Source of the DNA: Vulcanimicrobiota bacterium
GTDB lineage: Bacteria; Vulcanimicrobiota; Vulcanimicrobiia; Vulcanimicrobiales; Vulcanimicrobiaceae
NCBI GenBank assembly: GCA_963777315.1
Contig: CAVZQC010000002.1
Coordinates: 480,001-544,000 of the forward strand
Direction of reading: 5' to 3'
Length of the DNA stretch: 64,000 bases
The position numbers were made by a program, and so were the translations under genes. Shown here in pieces: positions 10,597 to 19,790 of this stretch (position 1 is its first letter; each line of letters begins with the position of its first letter). Below the pieces are notes generated by a model. It was given only the letters and a program-made list of their open reading frames with translations. It searched no databases and had not been told where the DNA came from.

Positions 10597-11102
10597 CAGT
10601 CCGTCACGATATCCGACAAACGCAGGCGGGCAATTTTTCCGATTTCGTCGACGGCGTTCTCAACTTCGGTCCCGACATCGTTGCGCAGTCGCGCTTGCAT
10701 TGCACTCAGAATAGATTCCTTCGTATTCGCGCGAGCGCAGATGACGAAAGGAAACCCGAACCGCCGTTTATACGCGCGGTTCAAACGTTCGAAACGCGCT
10801 ATTTCGCCGTCGTTGAGCCGGTCCAGTCCGGCCGCCGACTGTTCTTTGCCCGATTCGGCGGTAACTCGCCCGTCACGCGCGAGTCTTCCGGCCAAGTCGG
10901 GATGCGCCGCAATCACCGCAGCCCGGTCCGCCTGCGGTGCATGCTGCAGCGCCGTCAGCATGGTAGCGCAAAGCTCGGCGCGGTTCGCAAACGGGCGCCT
11001 CGAGCATGCGGCTCGAGCGATCCATGGCGAACCTTCGAAGACGCCGCTCAGGATTCGAACGAAGTCCTGCTCAGGAATGCCGTTGAGTTCCTCGATGCGC
11101 AC
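10596..11102 (-). CDS. uraD: OHCU decarboxylase
   Basis: FEGSPWIA, AHPDLA, EQSAAGL, YKRRFGFPFVIC, EIGKIARLRL. Confidence 0.9.
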   Translation of the reverse strand: MRIEELNGIPEQDFVRILSGVFEGSPWIARAACSRRPFANRAELCATMLTALQHAPQADRAAVIAAHPDLAGRLARDGRVTAESGKEQSAAGLDRLNDGEIARFERLNRAYKRRFGFPFVICARANTKESILSAMQARLRNDVGTEVENAVDEIGKIARLRLSDIVTD

Positions 11103-11162
11103 CGAGGATTATCGTCCGGTCGGGGAACGCTATCCTTTTCCGTAGCGTATGAACTCGGCGCT

Positions 11163-11873
11163 TTAGAGCGTTATGTGAAACCGTCGACTGAGCGCGACTC
11201 GACCTTGCGGGGTAAGGCGAAGGCCTCGGTCTTTAGCGCTGCGTGCCACCCAACCTGACGTCAGGAACAGCTCGAGCAGCGAAGCTCCCAAGCTGCCGGC
11301 CAAGTGCGGTCTGCGTTCCGTCCAGTCCATGCATGCGCGGGCAAAGCTGCGTCTGCTCGCGCGCGCTTGGTCCACATCGACTCCAAGCCGAGCAAAATAC
11401 CGTTCGCCGCCCGGCGTGAGCTCAAACGACTCTTTGGCCGCCCGCAGCGCTCCGCGTTCGACGAAGTGATCCGTCAACATGACGCCGAGCCTGCCTGCCA
11501 TGTGATCGTAACAGGACCGCGCATCGCGCAGCCGGCGCATGCCTTCGCTTTGGCTTAGCCCAACGACCGGCGGCCGTTTAGCAATCGTGGACAGCGTCTC
11601 GACGACGTTCGCAACTTCAGGCGAAGACAAGCGAAACAACCGTTGACGACCGGCCGGCCTTACGGTGATGAATTCGGCTTCGACCAGTTTGCGCAAATGC
11701 GCGCTCGCCGCTTGGGGGCTCGTACCGGACCGCAGCGCGAGCTCCGTGGCCGGCAGTTCGCCGCCGTCCAGCAATGCAAGGATCATCGCTGCGCGCCCGG
11801 TATCCGAAATCAGCGCCGCGACTTGGGCGATATCGGGATCCGCGGTATGCCGCGAATTGCCTTGCGCTGCCAT
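11163..11873 (-). CDS. ArsR/SmtB family winged-helix transcriptional regulator
   Basis: ASAHLRKL helix, ARSCYDHMAG, CMDWTERRPHLAG. Confidence 0.85.
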   Translation of the reverse strand: MAAQGNSRHTADPDIAQVAALISDTGRAAMILALLDGGELPATELALRSGTSPQAASAHLRKLVEAEFITVRPAGRQRLFRLSSPEVANVVETLSTIAKRPPVVGLSQSEGMRRLRDARSCYDHMAGRLGVMLTDHFVERGALRAAKESFELTPGGERYFARLGVDVDQARASRRSFARACMDWTERRPHLAGSLGASLLELFLTSGWVARSAKDRGLRLTPQGRVALSRRFHITL

Positions 11874-11896
11874 GCCGACAGCATACCACACGGACA

Positions 11897-11974
11897 TTTC
11901 ACGTTGCGGTGAACCAACGTTATGCGTTTCCGGACCGTTCGGATGCGAGGACCATGTTTCACGTCCGCCTGAAA
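11897..11974. promoter_or_regulatory. two related palindromic operator candidates in the divergent arsR/NIPSNAP promoter region
   Basis: TTTCACGTTGCGGTGAA (11897-11913) and TTTCACGTCCGCCTGAAA (11957-11974), 60 bp apart. Confidence 0.5.
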
Positions 11975-12001
11975 CGTTCTCTTGGTATACTCGTGGGACA
12001 C

Positions 12002-12301
12002 ATGATCACTTGCTGCATTCGCTATACCTTGGACCCGCATGCTATGGGAGCTTTCGAGCAGTACGCCCGCCGCTGGCCGCCGATCATCGACCGCTGCGGT
12101 GGCCGCCTGATTGGCTATTTTTTGCCGAAAGAGGGCGCGAACAACTTTGCCGTTGCGCTCATCGATTTCGACGATCTTGCCTCCTACGAGCAATATCGGC
12201 AACGCTTGGCCGAAGATCCGGATGCGCAAGCCAACGTGAAGCACGCGCGCGAAACGCGCTGCATTCTCGTGGAGGAACGTTCTTTTCTCAGGCGCGTCTA
12301 G
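12002..12301 (+). CDS. NIPSNAP family protein
   Basis: MITCCIRYTLDP, GYFLPKEGAN, YEQYRQRL, EERSFLR. Confidence 0.8.
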   Translation: MITCCIRYTLDPHAMGAFEQYARRWPPIIDRCGGRLIGYFLPKEGANNFAVALIDFDDLASYEQYRQRLAEDPDAQANVKHARETRCILVEERSFLRRV

Positions 12302-12370
12302 CGCACCGTCCGTTGCCATAGCCGCCTAATCCGGAGGTGCGGCGCGCTCAACGGTATACTCCTTGAGCCC

Positions 12371-13708
12371 ATGGACGCAGATGCCATCGTCATCGGTGCC
12401 GGCGCCGCAGGTTTGGCGGCCGCGCGGACACTTGCGCGGCGGGCGTTGCGAGTGATCGTTCTGGAGGCGCGCGATCGCGTCGGCGGTCGCGTTTGGTCGC
12501 GCGCAATCGCGCGAACAACGGTTTCGGCCGAACTGGGCGCAGAGTTCATCCACGGTGCTGCCGGCGAGACCATGGCATTGCTGCGCGACGCCGGAATGAC
12601 GACGGCCGACGTGCGGGGCGAGTCGTGGACGTGCGGGCAAAACGGCGACCTGCAGCGCAACGACGACGACTTCACGACTTCCGCGGGGATATTCGAGCGT
12701 GCGCGCGCACTGCTCCACGATGAAAGCGTCGAGCAATTTTTGCGGCGCTTTGAAGGACAAGAAGCGATGCGTGAAGCCGTGAAGGCGGCGCGCGCGTTCG
12801 TCGAGGGATTCGACGCCGCAGATCCGAGAATTGCCAGCACTCGGGCGATCGCGGACGAGTGGAAGTCGGGCGTCGATTCCAGCACGGCGCGGCCGCTGGG
12901 CGGCTATGGTGCGATGTTCCGGCTTCTGCAGGATGGTTGCTCCGCCGCCGGCGTTCGGCTGCGCCATTCAACAGTCGTGCGGAGAGTTGTGTGGCGCCGC
13001 GGCAACGTGACCGTCGATGCAGAAACTTCCCGCGCAGAACCGCTAAGGGTTCAAGCGCGAGCCGCCGTCGTAACGGTTCCCGTCGGGGTCTTGCGGCATC
13101 GCGCCGACGCGACGGAGATCGCGTTCCACCCCGATTTGCCTGCGCCTAAGCGCAGCGCGCTGCAAGCCATTGAGATGGGCCATGCCGTGAAGGTGGCGCT
13201 CGCATTCCGCACGGCTTTCTGGGAACGGGTGCGCGGCGGCCGCTACCGTGACGGCGCGTTCTTCCGCTGCGAGGCACATCCGTTTCCGTTCTATTGGACC
13301 CAGCTGCCGGTGCGCAGCCGGCTGATCGTCGCATGGGCCGGCGGTCCGAACGCAACTGCGTTACACGATAAATCGTCTGACCAGCTCCTCGAGAGTGCGC
13401 TGATCGGTTTCGGAGCGCTGTTCGACGCGTCGGAGCTGGCGCATAGAGAGTTCGCCGGCGGCATCGTGCATGACTGGCACACCGATCCATTCTCGCGCGG
13501 CTCATACAGTTACGTCGCGGTCGGCGGAGCCGATGCGCGCGCGGACCTTGCCGGGCCGGTCGATGATACGCTGTTTTTTGCCGGTGAGGCCACGTCGACG
13601 GACGGCCAAGGGGGCACCGTGAACGGAGCACTCGAAACCGGAGAACGCGCGGCGCGGGAAGTTGCAGCATCCCTGGCCAGTACCGCGGCAGGAACGGACG
13701 ATGGCTGA
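12371..13708 (+). CDS. flavin monoamine oxidase family FAD-dependent oxidoreductase
   Basis: IGAGAAGLAAA, LEARDRVGGR, ELGAEFIHG, FFAGEAT. Confidence 0.85.
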   Translation: MDADAIVIGAGAAGLAAARTLARRALRVIVLEARDRVGGRVWSRAIARTTVSAELGAEFIHGAAGETMALLRDAGMTTADVRGESWTCGQNGDLQRNDDDFTTSAGIFERARALLHDESVEQFLRRFEGQEAMREAVKAARAFVEGFDAADPRIASTRAIADEWKSGVDSSTARPLGGYGAMFRLLQDGCSAAGVRLRHSTVVRRVVWRRGNVTVDAETSRAEPLRVQARAAVVTVPVGVLRHRADATEIAFHPDLPAPKRSALQAIEMGHAVKVALAFRTAFWERVRGGRYRDGAFFRCEAHPFPFYWTQLPVRSRLIVAWAGGPNATALHDKSSDQLLESALIGFGALFDASELAHREFAGGIVHDWHTDPFSRGSYSYVAVGGADARADLAGPVDDTLFFAGEATSTDGQGGTVNGALETGERAAREVAASLASTAAGTDDG

Positions 13709-14255
13709 CGCTCCCATGCCGATTCTGGTCCCATGGTCGAGTTTTTACGTCATGATCGGTTCGTCGGCTGCCGCGTTGACCGGCTTGATGTTTGTCGTGA
13801 TCACGCTGGTCAACAGGGTGGAAGGTTCCAAAACCAGTGACGGCATTGCAACGTTCAGCACTCCCACCGTACTGCATTTTAGCGCCGCGCTGCTGGTCTC
13901 CGCAATTCTGGCCGCGCCTTGGCAGTCTTTGGTTGCCCCCGGCACGCTGCTCGGGATCGCCGGCTTCTGCGGCGTCGTGTCCGCGTTGCGCACAATGAAG
14001 CGGACGCGCCGCTTGAGCACGTACGATCCCGATCTCGAGGATTGGATCTCGTACGCAATTCTGCCGTTGCTTGGGTATGGCACGATTTTGGCCGGAGCCA
14101 TACTGCTGCTCACCGTCTGGACGCAAGCGTTGTACGCGATCGCCGGCGGAGCAGTCTTTCTCATTTTCATCGGCATACGTAACGCCTGGGACACCGTAAC
14201 GTACATCGCGATCGCAAGCGCTCAGGAACAGTCGTCCTCGAGCCCGAAGAATTAG
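13701..14255 (+). CDS. hypothetical integral membrane protein
   Basis: several hydrophobic helices, GSSAAALTGLMFV; start overlaps upstream gene. Confidence 0.7.
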   Translation: MADAPMPILVPWSSFYVMIGSSAAALTGLMFVVITLVNRVEGSKTSDGIATFSTPTVLHFSAALLVSAILAAPWQSLVAPGTLLGIAGFCGVVSALRTMKRTRRLSTYDPDLEDWISYAILPLLGYGTILAGAILLLTVWTQALYAIAGGAVFLIFIGIRNAWDTVTYIAIASAQEQSSSSPKN

Positions 14256-14263
14256 GAGAAGCA

Positions 14264-14657
14264 ATGCCTAAGGCCAATTTCAGCTCGGTGGATGAATACG
14301 TCGCGTCCAAGCCCGAAACGGTGCAGAATTCGCTGCTGCTCGTTCGAAAATCGATCCGTAAGGCGCTGCCCGGTGCCGATGAAGTGATTTCGTACAACAT
14401 GCCGACGTACAAAGAGCTCGGCACGACAATCGTCCATTTCGCGGCCTGGAAGGAGCACTACGCTCTCTACCTCTCCGGCAGTTCTATCGTCGCGGCGTTC
14501 GAGAAGCAGTCTACGCCCGTACGAGGTTGACAAAGGCACAATCCGCTTTGCGTTTAGTCAGCCCGTGCCGCAAAAGTTGATCGAGCGCATCGTACGATTT
14601 CGCGCTCGGAAGATGGCGGAAAAAATTTCACCGCATCGACGCCGGCCAATCCGCTAG
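14264..14657 (+). CDS. DUF1801 / YdhG-like protein (frameshift near 14510)
   Basis: SVDEY, EVISYNMPTY; shifted frame continues PYEVDKGTIRF...PQKLIERIVRFR; AGGAG RBS. Confidence 0.75.
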
Positions 14658-14679
14658 TGCAATAGCCCGGAGGCACTCT

Positions 14680-15189
14680 ATGGCTACCGTCCAACGCCTA
14701 ACCGTCGATCTTTCGGCCTATCCCGATCTTGTCGTCATCTATCTCGGGATGCGGGTCCGAACGTTGCCTGGTCTCAAAACGCTGTTTGGCTTTGGCCCAA
14801 AAATTCAAGGCAGCGTCGCGCAAAAACCCGATGGACTGCTCTTGCACGAGAACATGCTCTATTCACTCGTTCCCCCGCACGCAGGCATGCGGCAGTACTG
14901 GCGTGACTTCGACTCGTTGCAACGCTGGGCTCGCAGCAAGCCGCACCAACTGTGGTGGCAGGACTTTGTGAAAGACTCCGGCGGCACGGGTTTCTGGCAT
15001 GAGACCTATTTCGTTCGCGGCGGCATGGAAGCAATCTACGACGACGTGAACAAAAAAATCGGCTTGTCAGCGTTCGCGCCCATTGAACCCGCGCGGGGCG
15101 CCATGTTCTCGGCGCGGCGGCGATTGCGGCTCGGCGATGAGGCGGCGGATATACAGCCGGCGGCGCATGCCGACGGCGAGCCCGCGTAG
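14680..15189 (+). CDS. DUF4188-like protein
   Basis: LVVIYLGMR, RQYWRDFDSL, GFWHETY; GGAGG RBS. Confidence 0.7.
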   Translation: MATVQRLTVDLSAYPDLVVIYLGMRVRTLPGLKTLFGFGPKIQGSVAQKPDGLLLHENMLYSLVPPHAGMRQYWRDFDSLQRWARSKPHQLWWQDFVKDSGGTGFWHETYFVRGGMEAIYDDVNKKIGLSAFAPIEPARGAMFSARRRLRLGDEAADIQPAAHADGEPA

Positions 15190-15261
15190 AGTTCTCGACC
15201 TCGTGCCTAACGCTCGACAACATCGCAGAGGATACGCAGCGATGGATGAACGCGGAATCAA

Positions 15262-15297
15262 TGGACATCCTGGACTAAGTTTGGTAGACTAAGTCCA
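15262..15297 (+). promoter_or_regulatory. sigma70-type promoter with overlapping inverted-repeat operator of the TA operon
   Basis: TGGACA-N17-TAGACT ending 6 nt before ATG; TGGACTAAGT/ACTAAGTCCA inverted repeat 15271-15297. Confidence 0.55.
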
Positions 15298-15534
15298 TGA
15301 AGACCGTCAATATGCACGAGGCCAAAACGCAGCTTTCTGCACTCGTGCGCGACTTGCGCGCGGGCGGCGAGTCGGAAATCATCATTGCGCTTGCCGGCGA
15401 ACCCGCGGCAAAGCTCAGTGCCGGTCGGCAAACCGGCACCGCGCCGGCTCGGGCTCGATCGCGGGCTTATCGCCATCGCGGCAGACTTTGATGCGGCGGA
15501 TGCGCAAATTGCGCGGCTGTTTGAAGGAGACTAG
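15297..15534 (+). CDS. Phd/YefM family antitoxin (frameshift near 15416)
   Basis: MKTVNMHEAKTQLS...GEPAAKL then shifted VPVGKPAPRRLGLDRG...DFDA...LFEGD; stop overlaps toxin start. Confidence 0.8.
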
Positions 15535-15923
15535 TGCGGCTGCTCCTGGACACGCACGTGTTCCTCTGGGCAGCGGGTGAACCGGAGGAGCTTGCCGAGC
15601 CTGCGCGAGCGGCAATCGCGGATGCGGAGAACGAGATCTATGTCTCCGCTGCGGTGGCCTGGGAGATCACGATCAAAGCCGCACTCGGCAAACTAAAGGT
15701 CCCCGGCGAACCCGCCAGCTGGTTTCCCGCTCGCGTACGATCCCTCGGATTCGACGGTTTACCGATTCTCGCCGAACATGCCCTCGCGGTCGGTGCGCTC
15801 CCTGATCACCATCATGATCCGTTCGACCGCATTCTCGTTGCGCAAGCCCAGCTGGAAGGAATGCGGTTAGTGACGCGAGACCCCGAAATTCAAAAATATC
15901 CCGTGCAGTTCTTACCAGCGTAA
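15534..15923 (+). CDS. vapC: PIN-domain toxin (VapC family)
   Basis: LLLDTHVFLW, SAAVAWE, HHDPFDRILVAQA, LVTRD. Confidence 0.9.
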   Translation: MRLLLDTHVFLWAAGEPEELAEPARAAIADAENEIYVSAAVAWEITIKAALGKLKVPGEPASWFPARVRSLGFDGLPILAEHALAVGALPDHHHDPFDRILVAQAQLEGMRLVTRDPEIQKYPVQFLPA

Positions 15924-16112
15924 AAGTCCCACCGAGGACGTTGGCGATGTGAACGCTGCCAATATGCCGAAGAACAGCCTACGGATTGCGCCACTTATCA
16001 GGGCGGCCACGATTCGTGCCGCGCGCTTTGCACGTGAATGAGGGCGTCGGGATCGCAGCGGGCCGCCCCGAGCGCACCGAACCGACGTCTTCGAAGACGA
16101 TTCCTATGCATG

Positions 16113-16299
16113 TTCTTTGTTGGTTCACTCCCGGAATCAACGCGAAATCCGCTACCACAATACGTCAAGAGATGCGGAGCTGGCGCCTTCACCTTCGAAG
16201 CGATCTTTCACTCGAACAGATCGCCCGGCGTTTACTACAAATCGGCTCTGAGACCCGTATTCAGCTCACCTCGACGCGATTTTGTGGCGTTGGGCGTTC
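16113..16299 (+). pseudogene. degenerate fragment of a group II intron RT maturase (X) domain
   Basis: mixed-frame FFVG/FTPGINAKSATTIRQEMRSWRLHLRSDLSLEQIAR/YYKSALRPVF/HLDAILWRWA. Confidence 0.65.
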
Positions 16300-16525
16300 A
16301 GCCGATGGCCCTGGAATCGCTCAGCAGTACGAAGGCCGGTTCGGGCGTGGCGCACTCGCGCGACTTCTGCATGAGCATCTCACGATGCAGCCCGCCTTTT
16401 TATGTTTTTCGCACTGCGACGCCGCGGGCAACGTCTCACGCTGCGATTTCAAGAAAATGCAAAGTCGCCCGATTTCCATTTAATTCACGACACGTAGCAA
16501 ATTAATGGAAACAAACGAATCTACT

Positions 16526-16609
16526 TGCCCGGAAAGGGACTCGAACCCCCACGGCCTTGCGGCCACTGATACCTGAAACCAGCGCGTCTACCAATTCCGC
16601 CATCCGGGC
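16526..16609 (-). tRNA. tRNA-Leu(CAG)
   Basis: GCCCGGA/TCCGGGC acceptor stem, CTGGT-TTCAGGT-ATCAG anticodon arm, long variable arm, GTTCGAGTC T-loop; CCA not encoded. Confidence 0.95.
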
Positions 16610-16720
16610 GCGGACGCTGTGTTCGACAATGCTCCCTGGGTTCTTCGTCGTCCTTCGAACCGGCGCACGATGACGAGGGGGCGCAACCCGCGGCGCCTTT
16701 GCGCGGTTTGTGGTCGCACT

Positions 16721-17674
16721 ATGACGGCCACCTTACAGTTCATCTCGACGAACGCGGAGCTCCCGCCGCTCGACGCGTATTCGCAAGCGGTAACGCACGC
16801 CGCGCAAATCGTCAGCCCGTGCGTCGTCGCTATAGAAGCGCGGAGCGGCCGAGGCGGCGGCAACGGTTCGGGCTTCATCTTTACGCCCGACGGGTTTGTT
16901 TTGACGAACAGCCACGTCGTTCGCGGTGCGAAAACGATCGTCGCGTCGCTGTTGGACGGGCGAGACGTGCCCGCCCAACTCGTCGGCCAAGACGAACACA
17001 CGGATTTGGCCGTGCTGCGAATCGACGCGCCCGATTTGCACGCCGCACAACTGGGCGATTCTGCGCGACTTCGCCCGGGGCAGCTGGTCGTGGCGGTCGG
17101 CAACCCCTACGGGCTGCAGTACACCGTCACCGCGGGCGTCGTGAGCGCGCTGGGCCGTTCGCTGCGCGCGCAGTCCGGACGGCTGATCGACAACGTCATT
17201 CAAACCGATGCGGCGCTCAATCCCGGCAACTCGGGTGGGCCCTTGGTCGACGCAAGGGGCGCGGTCGTGGGCGTCAACACGGCAGTGTTTCCGGGGCAAG
17301 GCATCTGCTTTGCCATCGCCGTCAACACGGCGAAGTTCATCGGTTCGATCCTCATGCGGGACGGGCGCGTAAAACGCGCTTACCTGGGAGTAGCCGGACA
17401 GGACATCGAGATTCCGCGGCGTTTGGTGCGACTGCACGATCTGCCCGACGCTCGCGGCATTCTCATCCTGTCGGTGGAAGGAGGAAGCCCGGCGGACACG
17501 GCCGGAGTCCGCGAAGGCGACGTCCTGGTTGCATTCGAAGGCCAACCCGTGCGCGGCATCGACGATTTGCACCGCCAACTGACGCTGCTCGACCTGCGCC
17601 GCAGCTATCGCCTGACGCTCGTTCGCAAAAGCGAACGATTGCAACCGCTGGTTCTGCCTATCGACGCTGAATGA
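16721..17674 (+). CDS. HtrA/DegP-like trypsin serine protease with PDZ domain
   Basis: [29 protein letters not shown]. Confidence 0.9.
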   Translation: MTATLQFISTNAELPPLDAYSQAVTHAAQIVSPCVVAIEARSGRGGGNGSGFIFTPDGFVLTNSHVVRGAKTIVASLLDGRDVPAQLVGQDEHTDLAVLRIDAPDLHAAQLGDSARLRPGQLVVAVGNPYGLQYTVTAGVVSALGRSLRAQSGRLIDNVIQTDAALNPGNSGGPLVDARGAVVGVNTAVFPGQGICFAIAVNTAKFIGSILMRDGRVKRAYLGVAGQDIEIPRRLVRLHDLPDARGILILSVEGGSPADTAGVREGDVLVAFEGQPVRGIDDLHRQLTLLDLRRSYRLTLVRKSERLQPLVLPIDAE

Positions 17675-18864
17675 TTCGACGGCTCTTCCCGATCCTCGGA
17701 ATTACGTTCATCGACATTCTCGGGTTCAGTTTGCTGATTCCGCTGCTGCCGTATTACGTCTTGCATTTCCACCAATCCGCTATCGTGGTTGGCGCGCTGT
17801 TTGCGCTCTTTTCGTTTTGCCAGCTCGTCAGCGGGCCTATTTGGGGCAATCTGTCGGACCGAATCGGACGAAAAGGCGTTCTCATCATAAGTCAAATCGG
17901 CTCGACCGTCGGCTGGGCGATGCTGGGCTGGTCGCCTTCGATACTGTGGGTGTTCGTTGCGCGGTTCATCGAAGGCTGCTCGGGTGGAAACATCGGCGTC
18001 ACGCAGGCATACGTCGCCGACTTGGTTCCGGCCAAAGACCGCGCGCGAGCGTTTGCGTACATCGGCGCGACGTTCGCTGCCGGAATGGCGTTCGGACCGG
18101 CAATGGGCGCGGTCCTGTCCGTGTACGGGTTCGCCGTTCCGCTGTATACCGCAGCCGGTCTGCAATTGATCACGTTGATCGTCACGATCGTCGTATTGCC
18201 CGAGTCGCGAACCAAAGTCGGCAAAGCCGCAGTCGTCGGACCGGCAGAAATCCTTCGCACGTTCAGAAATCCCGCGCTCTCGCCGAAACTATGGCAAAAG
18301 CTGGCGCTCTCGTTGGCGCTCTACGGCTGGTTCGGGGTGATGGCGCTCTATTTCGCGCGCCAGATGCACTTCGGTTTGCGGGAAACGTACATCTTCATGA
18401 TCTACATTTCCGTCATCAACGTGTTCGTCAATGCCGTCGTGCTCGGGCGCGTTTCGGATCGCTTGGGCAATCGCGCGATGTCGACCGCCGGTATCGCGGT
18501 GCTGGTGTGCGCGTTTGCTTTCGTGCCGTTCGTTACCACCGTTTGGCAGCTGGCGATCATGGCCGCGCTCTTTAGCGTCGGCATGGCATTCGGAAACACC
18601 GGCTTGCTGGCACTGATCAGCTCCGCCGCACACGATTCGGTGCAGGGCACTGTCCTGAGCGTCACGTCTTCCCTGGACTCATTCTCGGGCATCGTGTCGC
18701 CGCCGCTCTCGACCGGACTGCTGGGCGCATTCGGTTCGCCGTGGTCGTCGATGTCGTCGCTGCTTTTCGCGGGGGCAGCTCTGGTCATGGGCATGCAAAG
18801 CGGAAGGCGCGATGCCGTCGGCAACGCGCCTTCCGAAGCCGTTCCTACGGCCGATAGCCTCTAG
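17671..18864 (+). CDS. MFS transporter (TetA/DHA1-like)
   Basis: [10 protein letters not shown] motif A, about 12 hydrophobic segments. Confidence 0.9.
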   Translation: MIRRLFPILGITFIDILGFSLLIPLLPYYVLHFHQSAIVVGALFALFSFCQLVSGPIWGNLSDRIGRKGVLIISQIGSTVGWAMLGWSPSILWVFVARFIEGCSGGNIGVTQAYVADLVPAKDRARAFAYIGATFAAGMAFGPAMGAVLSVYGFAVPLYTAAGLQLITLIVTIVVLPESRTKVGKAAVVGPAEILRTFRNPALSPKLWQKLALSLALYGWFGVMALYFARQMHFGLRETYIFMIYISVINVFVNAVVLGRVSDRLGNRAMSTAGIAVLVCAFAFVPFVTTVWQLAIMAALFSVGMAFGNTGLLALISSAAHDSVQGTVLSVTSSLDSFSGIVSPPLSTGLLGAFGSPWSSMSSLLFAGAALVMGMQSGRRDAVGNAPSEAVPTADSL

Positions 18865-19730
18865 GCGGTTTTCTTTTTTCGTCGCCCGGTCGAGTCGGAC
18901 GGCGAAGCGCGGTGGGCAGCGCGCTTGGGCGCCGCGGACGCCCGGCTCTCACGCTGTTTTTTGCTCTCCTGCAAACTTTGCTGCAGCACATCCATCAGAT
19001 TGACCACCTTGGCGCGTGCCGGCGCTTTCTTCGGACGCGGCACTTCCTTGCCCGCGGCTCGCGCTTCGATCATCGCCATCATCTCGTCGTGGTACCGATT
19101 GGTGAACTTGGCCGGCTCGAATTCGTCGACGCTCATCGAGTCGATCAGCATCTTGGCCATTTTCATCTCCGGCTCGGGCAGCGTCAAATCGCCCGGGAAA
19201 TCCAAATCGGACTGCTCGACCAATTCGTCCGCCCAATGCATCAGTTCGAGCACAAGCGCCTCGCCGCTGGGTTTGACCGCCGCGATCGTTTCCTTGGTGC
19301 GGATGACGACTCGCGCGATGGCGACCTTGTTGGCGCGCGACAGCGCCTCGCGCAGCAGCGCGTACGCGTGACGGCCCTGCTTGGTGGGCTCGAGATAGTA
19401 CGGCTTGTCGAAGAACATCGGATCGATTTTCTCCAGGTCCACGAACTCTAGGATGTCGACGCTTTGGGTGGCTTCAGGATTGACTTTCTTGAAGTCGTCG
19501 TCCGTAAGGATCACGTACTCGCCCTTTTCGTACTCGTAGCCTTTGACGATTTCGTCCCACGGGACGGGCTTTTCGTCGATCGAGCAGATGCGCTCGTACT
19601 TGATTCTGCCCTCGTCTTTGACGTGCAGCATGTTGAACGAAAGATCGTTCGTGCGCACGGCGGTGAACAGTTTGACGGGAATCGTCACCAGCCCGAAGTT
19701 AATCGATCCCGACCATATCGCGTGAGCCAT
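18861..19730 (-). CDS. ku: NHEJ DNA end-binding protein Ku
   Basis: IWSGSINFGLVTIPVKL, IVKGYE, KVVNLMDVLQQSL, basic tail. Confidence 0.95.
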   Translation of the reverse strand: MAHAIWSGSINFGLVTIPVKLFTAVRTNDLSFNMLHVKDEGRIKYERICSIDEKPVPWDEIVKGYEYEKGEYVILTDDDFKKVNPEATQSVDILEFVDLEKIDPMFFDKPYYLEPTKQGRHAYALLREALSRANKVAIARVVIRTKETIAAVKPSGEALVLELMHWADELVEQSDLDFPGDLTLPEPEMKMAKMLIDSMSVDEFEPAKFTNRYHDEMMAMIEARAAGKEVPRPKKAPARAKVVNLMDVLQQSLQESKKQRESRASAAPKRAAHRASPSDSTGRRKKKTA

Positions 19731-19790
19731 CGGTTTTTTGCGTCTCCCTTCCGGCCATCCGAAGACCGGCGCTGACTTATACCCAAGCCG

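Noticed and set aside
15986..16505. 165-aa and 155-aa ORFs as real genes
   Set aside because: Chimeric frames crossing the maturase relic
11100..16525. Intact prophage or integrative element at tRNA-Leu
   Set aside because: No integrase, phage genes or att duplication found
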